Origin: Gemmatimonadota bacterium
GTDB lineage: Bacteria > Gemmatimonadota > Gemmatimonadetes > Gemmatimonadales > GWC2-71-9
DNA: 64,000 nt
NCBI GenBank assembly: GCA_016874005.1
Contig: VGVQ01000021.1
Coordinates: forward strand, 4,005-68,004
Reading direction: 5' to 3'
Shown: piece after piece, positions 58,732 through 64,000 of the stretch
Numbering within the stretch: position 1 is the first letter of the stretch
Layout of the letters: every line of letters starts with the position of its first letter
Translations under genes and position numbers: made by a program
Notes under the pieces: model-generated
What the model saw: only the letters and a program-made list of their open reading frames with translations
Told to the model about the DNA's origin: nothing
Database searches by the model: none

Positions 58732-61700
58732 TTAGAACGCGATCTCGATGTTGGCCGTGATGGTTCGGAACTGGGGATACTGGAACCAGTCCATCCGAGT
58801 CCGGAACGCCGCCTGACCGCCGTTGAGCTCGCTGAGCGGAGCCACCTCGGGGTCGAGACCCTTGTACGGGGTGAAAGTGAGCAGGTTCCGGCCGATCACG
58901 CCGACCCGGATCTCGCTCATCCACCGGCCCAAGCCGATCTTGTTCAACTCGCTGCGGTTGAAGGTGTAGTTGACCGACAACTCGCGGAGCTTGAGGAAGG
59001 TGGCGTCTTCGACGAACGCCTCGTTGGCGGAGGCACCGTTGTAGAGGCCGACCTGATAGAAGCCCTCGGCGATCCGCTGATCCGCCGACTTGTCGAACTG
59101 ATCGCACAGGTACGACGCGCAGTCCTGGTTACCCCAGTGCGCGGTGCCGTTGTAGATCTCGCCGCCCTGGCTCCAGTCGAGCAGGCCGGTGACGGAGAAC
59201 CGCTTGAACGCGAAGGTGGTGTTCAGTCCGGCGCGGAAGTCTGGCGCCGCCACACCGATATCGAAGATGTTCGTGGTCTTCGTGCAGCTCCCAGAACTCG
59301 AGGTCGCGCGGCACTCGACCCGGGCGATCGGCCGTTCGCCGTTGGCACCGCGGACCGACTTCCGCACCACGTAGCCGTCGCCGTTGATGACGACGCTATC
59401 CGCCGACCAGGTCTGGCCAGCGCCCGAGGCCGCCTTTTTGGCGGGATCGAGATACAGCTCTTCGAGGCTGCGGACCCACTTCTGACCACGCATCGTGCCG
59501 AGCCGCACCCCGGGCGCAAACTTGAAGGGGCTGAAGCTGTCGTCCGGACCATAACCGGCATCCGGCAACGGCCAATCGGTGATCGTTTCACGAGTCCGAT
59601 CGGCGGTGAAGTTCATCTGCAACGCGAAGTCACGCGAGTTGATGACCTGGGCACCGATGGCGATTTCGTGAGTCTTCGAATTCAAAGCACCGACGTTCTG
59701 CCACTGCGACACGAAGCCAGTGGTCGCGAGCAGCGGGGCCTGAACGATCTGGTCTTTGGTGTCCTTGTTCGAGTAGTTGTACTCGAACGTGAGCCGTCCC
59801 TGGGCCAACTCGATGTTGGTGCCAACCTCGAGCTCGGACGACTTCGCCGGCCGGAGGTTGCGGTTACCAAGCTGGTTCTTGATGAACACGCCAGCCGACG
59901 GCGCGAGGATCTCGTACTGGGCCCGATACGGCGGCCGGAGACCGGCGGTGCCGTACGACGCCCGAATCCGCCACTCTTCCGGACCGCTCTCGAGCCCGAG
60001 AAGCTGAGGAACCCGAACCGCGCCCGAGGCCCGCCAGTAGGTCGCGAACCGGGCATCCGGACCGAACAACGACGACCCGTCACGACGAACCAACCCGTCG
60101 AGCAAGACCTTCTCGTTGAAGTCGAGGGTCGCGATGCCGAAGGCGTTGCGGTTCCGGATGATCTCGGTCGACGAGAAGGCCCGCTGATTGGCCGGCTCGG
60201 TGCCCGGGAACTCCGGCACGTCCTTCACGATGAACTTCTGGGCCGATGCGAACAACCGGCGATCTTCCTGGTCCTCGTAGAGGTAGGCGCCCTTCGCCGT
60301 GATCCCGAGGTTGTTGAAGATCCCGCCGCCGTTGAGCCGCCAGATGCCGGTCAGCTGAGCGCCGGCGTTGTACGACCGGTTGTTGTCGGCCAGCCGCGAG
60401 AAACCGCCCGGACTGGCGTTGCCGGTGGCGCCGTAGAAGAGCACCGGCTCGCGATAAGAGAAGTCCTCGTTGACCTGGTCGAAGTTGTAGTTGCCTTCGG
60501 CCGACAGCCACGAGAACGGCCGCCACCGCAACCGGCCACCGCCGGTGAACCGGCTCCGCCCTCGGTCCTGCTTGATGGCGTACAGGTTGTACAGCGGGTT
60601 CGACGCGTTCGACCGCTTGTCGCGAATGAACGAGTTGAACGGCGACCCGTCGGCGTTGGTTCCGATCCGCTGCGATCCGATATCGGAGGTCTGCGGGCAA
60701 GTGAAGCCGTCGCCCCACTTGGTGCAGCCAGCGGTCGGATCGATGTGCGGCTCGAGGAAGGCGATCCCGAAGAACGCGCCACCCTGGCCGGTGCCCTGCG
60801 GCTCCTCGTTGTTCGAACGGCCGTAGAAAGCGTTGAACGAGATGTCGATGTTGTCGGTGAGCACCTGATCGATGTTCACCCGGTAGTTCTGCCGCTTGAA
60901 CCCGTTGACGTTGAAGACCGACCCCTCGTTCGTGGTGTTCTGGAACGAGGCATTGAAGTTGGTCCGACCTCGGCGCTGGCCGAGCGAAACGTACTGAGTG
61001 TAGAACGCCCCCGGATCGAACAGGGCACTTTGGGCCCCGGCGTAGGTCGGGTAGAGCCCGTCTTGGATATCCACCTTGACGGTCCGGCCCAGGCCATCCG
61101 TCCGGGTGGGGCAGGGAGCGCCCAGCAGCGTCTCGTCGCTCGCGGAACAGAGCGACGGAAGCACCCGAGACTGGTTGGTGCGCCGGAGGAAGTTCCCGTC
61201 CGGCTTGAGGATGTACGCGTGGTGCTGAGTCACCGGGTACGACCCGGGGATCTTCGACTGGCCAAACTCACCGCGGGCGGTCACCTGGATCTTGCCGTCG
61301 GCGAGGTTGGAGCCCCGGCGGGTGAAGATCTGGATGACGCCGTTGGCGGCGTTCGACCCATAGAGCGACGAAGCGGCGGCGCCTTTGATCACCTCGACCC
61401 GCTCGATGTCCTCCGACGCGATGTCGGCCAACGAGTAGCGGGTGATGGTGCCGTCGATGATGATCAGCGGATCCGAGGTGCCGGTGATGCTGGTCGCCCC
61501 CCGCAGCTTGATCTGCGGCGCGGCGCCCGGCATGCCGGTCGACGACTGGATCGACACCCCGGCGACCTTGCCCTGCAGGGCCCCGAGGGCCGTGACGGCC
61601 GGAGCCTGCTGCAATTCGGCCTCGGACACCTTGCCGACAGCGAAGGTCAGCTTCTTGGTCGAGGTGGCCTCGGACACGCCCGTTACCACGAGTTCATCGA

Positions 61701-62058
61701 GGCGGAGCGGATCGGCCACCAACTCGAAATTCTGCTCCTGGGTGCCCGGCGTGAGTTGGATCTGAACCGACTTGGGCCGGAACCCGAGCATCCGGGCCGT
61801 CAGGGTCACCGTCTGACCCCGGGCCGAAGCCGCACCGACCGTGATCTGGTACGTCCCGTTCGGCGCCGTGCTCGCTCCGAAATTGGTGCTGTTGACGGCC
61901 ACGGTGGCGCCGCCGAGCGGCTGCCCCTTGTCCGACATGACCCGACCGGTGACGATCGCCTGCTGCTGCGCCTGCGCCAGGGTAGCCCCCGTGCTCAGCA
62001 CCGCACCGGCGACGAGTCCCGCCCGAAGCCACGGACCGAATCGTTGATGCCTCATCAT
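58732..62058 (-). CDS. susC: SusC/RagA family TonB-dependent outer membrane transporter
   Basis: Carboxypeptidase-like domain, LDELVVTG TonB box, IKLRGATSI, DIERVEVIKGAAASSLYGS.AANGVI, RNLLTFTPYKGLDPE, C-terminal Phe. Confidence 0.92.
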   Translation of the reverse strand: MMRHQRFGPWLRAGLVAGAVLSTGATLAQAQQQAIVTGRVMSDKGQPLGGATVAVNSTNFGASTAPNGTYQITVGAASARGQTVTLTARMLGFRPKSVQIQLTPGTQEQNFELVADPLRLDELVVTGVSEATSTKKLTFAVGKVSEAELQQAPAVTALGALQGKVAGVSIQSSTGMPGAAPQIKLRGATSITGTSDPLIIIDGTITRYSLADIASEDIERVEVIKGAAASSLYGSNAANGVIQIFTRRGSNLADGKIQVTARGEFGQSKIPGSYPVTQHHAYILKPDGNFLRRTNQSRVLPSLCSASDETLLGAPCPTRTDGLGRTVKVDIQDGLYPTYAGAQSALFDPGAFYTQYVSLGQRRGRTNFNASFQNTTNEGSVFNVNGFKRQNYRVNIDQVLTDNIDISFNAFYGRSNNEEPQGTGQGGAFFGIAFLEPHIDPTAGCTKWGDGFTCPQTSDIGSQRIGTNADGSPFNSFIRDKRSNASNPLYNLYAIKQDRGRSRFTGGGRLRWRPFSWLSAEGNYNFDQVNEDFSYREPVLFYGATGNASPGGFSRLADNNRSYNAGAQLTGIWRLNGGGIFNNLGITAKGAYLYEDQEDRRLFASAQKFIVKDVPEFPGTEPANQRAFSSTEIIRNRNAFGIATLDFNEKVLLDGLVRRDGSSLFGPDARFATYWRASGAVRVPQLLGLESGPEEWRIRASYGTAGLRPPYRAQYEILAPSAGVFIKNQLGNRNLRPAKSSELEVGTNIELAQGRLTFEYNYSNKDTKDQIVQAPLLATTGFVSQWQNVGALNSKTHEIAIGAQVINSRDFALQMNFTADRTRETITDWPLPDAGYGPDDSFSPFKFAPGVRLGTMRGQKWVRSLEELYLDPAKKAASGAGQTWSADSVVINGDGYVVRKSVRGANGERPIARVECRATSSSGSCTKTTNIFDIGVAAPDFRAGLNTTFAFKRFSVTGLLDWSQGGEIYNGTAHWGNQDCASYLCDQFDKSADQRIAEGFYQVGLYNGASANEAFVEDATFLKLRELSVNYTFNRSELNKIGLGRWMSEIRVGVIGRNLLTFTPYKGLDPEVAPLSELNGGQAAFRTRMDWFQYPQFRTITANIEIAF

Positions 62059-62579
62059 GCTCCCTCGGTGGTGGTGGTGAAACGTCCGTCCCACAGAAAT
62101 CTCGACAACCAAGCCCAAGTGAAGCGTATCGATCACAGGGCGATCGCTCGCCGGCCCGGAAGCTCGGCAGGGTGGGAGCGCCCCACTCGGAATGGTCGTC
62201 GACTGAATCGACGCCTGAGCTTGCAGAAAACGAACCGGACCATGGCTCGGCCGCTATCCGCTTTGCCCACAACTACTTATCACTTCGTCCCCAGATCGTA
62301 TCGTGTCGAAAAGACACTCGACTGGACCACGGCCACGTGTCAGTAACACACGAACGAAGATCGATAGAAACAACCGGAACCCGACCGGGGTCGGTGTCAC
62401 CAGCGATATTCGATATGGGTGAGAAAAGACACGCCGACGCCCGTACCAACGGAGCCCGCCCGTCGGCCACTATGATACCGCCCCGGGGTCCAAATCGCAA
62501 TCGCCTTCGACCCTGTCGCCCCCGAAACCTGCTAGATTCGGAAGCGTCAGGTTACCCACCATTGGTTGGAGGCACTGCC

Positions 62580-63290
62580 ATGACCCGCCACCTCGCCGTC
62601 GTACTGCTCGGTCTGCTCGCACCCACCGTGTTGCTGGCCCAAGGCGGAGCCAGAGTCCTCGTCGTCGATGACGAAACCGGCGACCCGATCCTGGGCGCGG
62701 TCCTCAAGATCAAGAACCGGCCCGATGCCACCACCGACCAGGCTGGACGCGCCTTGATCGACAGCCTCCCGGCCGGCCGGGTGGAGGTCGAGATTCGAGC
62801 CATCGGCTACCTCAACCGGAAAGACTACCTCTCCGTGGGAAGTAGCGGGGTCCGGGAGATCCGGTTCGGGATGTCCTTCACCGGTGAGCAGCTCCCGGAC
62901 CTAGTGGTCAACACCCGCCGGGAAAAGTTGATCGGCCGCTACCAGGATTTCCACCGCCGAATGGCGGTGGGCAACGGCGTGTTCATCGGTTGGGAGGAGA
63001 TCAAGCAGAAGAACTACTACCGCCTCAGCGACGCGCTCCGCAACGTCCGGGGTGTCCGGGTCCACTGCCGAACCCACGATTGCACCATCTCGATGGCTCG
63101 CAGCAGCAGCTGCGCGCCCACCATCTGGGTCGACGGAACCGAAAGCCAGTACTTCGGCGCCAACATGCCGATCGGCGACATCTACGGGATCGAAGTGTAT
63201 CGCGGTTCCGGCGAAACCCCCGCGGAATACGCCGGCACCTCCGCCTGCGGCGCCATCGTGCTGTGGTCGAAGAACCGACCCTACAAGTAG
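62580..63290 (+). CDS. Secreted carboxypeptidase-regulatory-like plus TonB plug-like protein, no beta-barrel
   Basis: Start MTRHLAVVLLGLLAP with GGAGG RBS; FHRRMAVGNGVF, GIEVYRG..TPAEY, CGAIVLWSK. Confidence 0.7.
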   Translation: MTRHLAVVLLGLLAPTVLLAQGGARVLVVDDETGDPILGAVLKIKNRPDATTDQAGRALIDSLPAGRVEVEIRAIGYLNRKDYLSVGSSGVREIRFGMSFTGEQLPDLVVNTRREKLIGRYQDFHRRMAVGNGVFIGWEEIKQKNYYRLSDALRNVRGVRVHCRTHDCTISMARSSSCAPTIWVDGTESQYFGANMPIGDIYGIEVYRGSGETPAEYAGTSACGAIVLWSKNRPYK

Positions 63291-63760
63291 CCCGAAGCCC
63301 GGCGAGCCATGGCGGCCTGATCGCCGCCCTTCTGATTGCCGGGCTCGGCTGCGGCGGAAGCCCGCCGTACCCTGTCACCCCGACGGCGTCCGACGCCCGC
63401 GCCCTGATCGCCGCGGGCCCGAGCCGCAACGTGGCCGTCACCTCGCCCGATCCCGCGACGCCCCTTCAACCTTTGATCGTCCCGCTCCCGTTCGCCGCCG
63501 CCCGGGACTCCCTCGCCGCCCTGATCCGACACCTGCCCCGATGGTCCGTCGCCGGCGCCACCGACTCGGTCGTCTGGGCCACCCGGACTACCCGGCTGTT
63601 TCGCTTCGTGGACGACGTCCTCCTCCTCTTGGAACCCCTCGGCGATTCGACCAGGGTACACGGCCGAAGCGGGTCGCGAGTCGGGAAGGGCGACATGGGG
63701 CAGAATCGAAGGAATCTGGCCGAACTGCGGGACGCCCTCGCCGAGGGCCGCAACCGTTAG
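63263..63760 (+). CDS. DUF1499 family lipoprotein; start uncertain
   Basis: LIAGLGC lipobox; TRLFRFVDDV and RSGSRVGKGDMGQNRR motifs. Confidence 0.7.
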   Translation: MVEEPTLQVARSPASHGGLIAALLIAGLGCGGSPPYPVTPTASDARALIAAGPSRNVAVTSPDPATPLQPLIVPLPFAAARDSLAALIRHLPRWSVAGATDSVVWATRTTRLFRFVDDVLLLLEPLGDSTRVHGRSGSRVGKGDMGQNRRNLAELRDALAEGRNR

Positions 63761-63779
63761 GCGGCGCCTGGTCCGGCGA

Positions 63780-64000
63780 TCACGAGGCCCGAGCCATCAA
63801 CCGCCGAATCGGTGCCACCAGCAAGGCCAGCCCTACCGCGAACACCAGAACAAAGGCCGTGTTGGCGGTGAACAGGCTGGGCAACGGGAGCGATTCGTAC
63901 ATCCCACCGACCCGACCCGCGACCTTGTTACCGATCGAAATCGCCAGGAACCAGACCCCCATCATCAGGCCCTGCATCCGGGCCGGCGCCAGGGTCGACA
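63780..64000 (-). CDS. POT/PTR family peptide:H+ symporter (MFS), C-terminal fragment
   Basis: LAPARMQGLMMGVWFLAISIGNKVAG motif. Confidence 0.8.
   Translation of the reverse strand, partial: STLAPARMQGLMMGVWFLAISIGNKVAGRVGGMYESLPLPSLFTANTAFVLVFAVGLALLVAPIRRLMARAS

Noticed and set aside
58477-62346. 1289-aa + strand ORF, and similar long ORFs at 10143-12497, 32422-34359, 22935-24719 and 5626-7632
   Set aside because: Antisense shadows of well-supported genes, with low-complexity Arg/Gly/Pro/Val-rich translations; expected in high-GC DNA.
62059-62579. Short repeats (AAAGACAC twice, GTGTCA) in the susC upstream region
   Set aside because: Too short and irregular to support an operator call; no sigma54 or clear sigma70 match for susC.

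Overview
64 kb of high-GC bacterial chromosome. The gene content (PadR/ADOP pair, SusC/SusD-like pair, plug-only TonB-like proteins) suggests Gemmatimonadota, which is an inference. No rRNA, tRNA, CRISPR array, IS or prophage was seen. The left part holds folE (partial), queD, a probable 6S RNA, GNAT-sbcC-sbcD, a dgdA/racemase block, ABC/ADOP/PadR genes, a CocE hydrolase and a GMC/GT2/AlkP cluster. The middle holds a herA-nurA pair split by an opposite-strand gene, a catalytically dead DeaD-like protein, tdk-coaE, gcvH-gcvP-lipoate ligase, an Opp/Dpp transporter and a wHTH-regulated uppS cassette. The right part (44-63 kb) is a surface locus with two lipoprotein vanadium-haloperoxidase homologs, two double-module FG-GAP/ASPIC-UnbV lipoproteins, a small membrane protein, a non-FGly sulfatase-like enzyme and a susCD pair. 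The strongest signal not explained by the annotation is a dispersed octamer, CGTTAGGC/GCCTAACG (18 exact copies by hand count), which sits mostly in coding sequence as the rare Leu codon TTA or as stop codons. All calls come from motif reading; no database searches were run.
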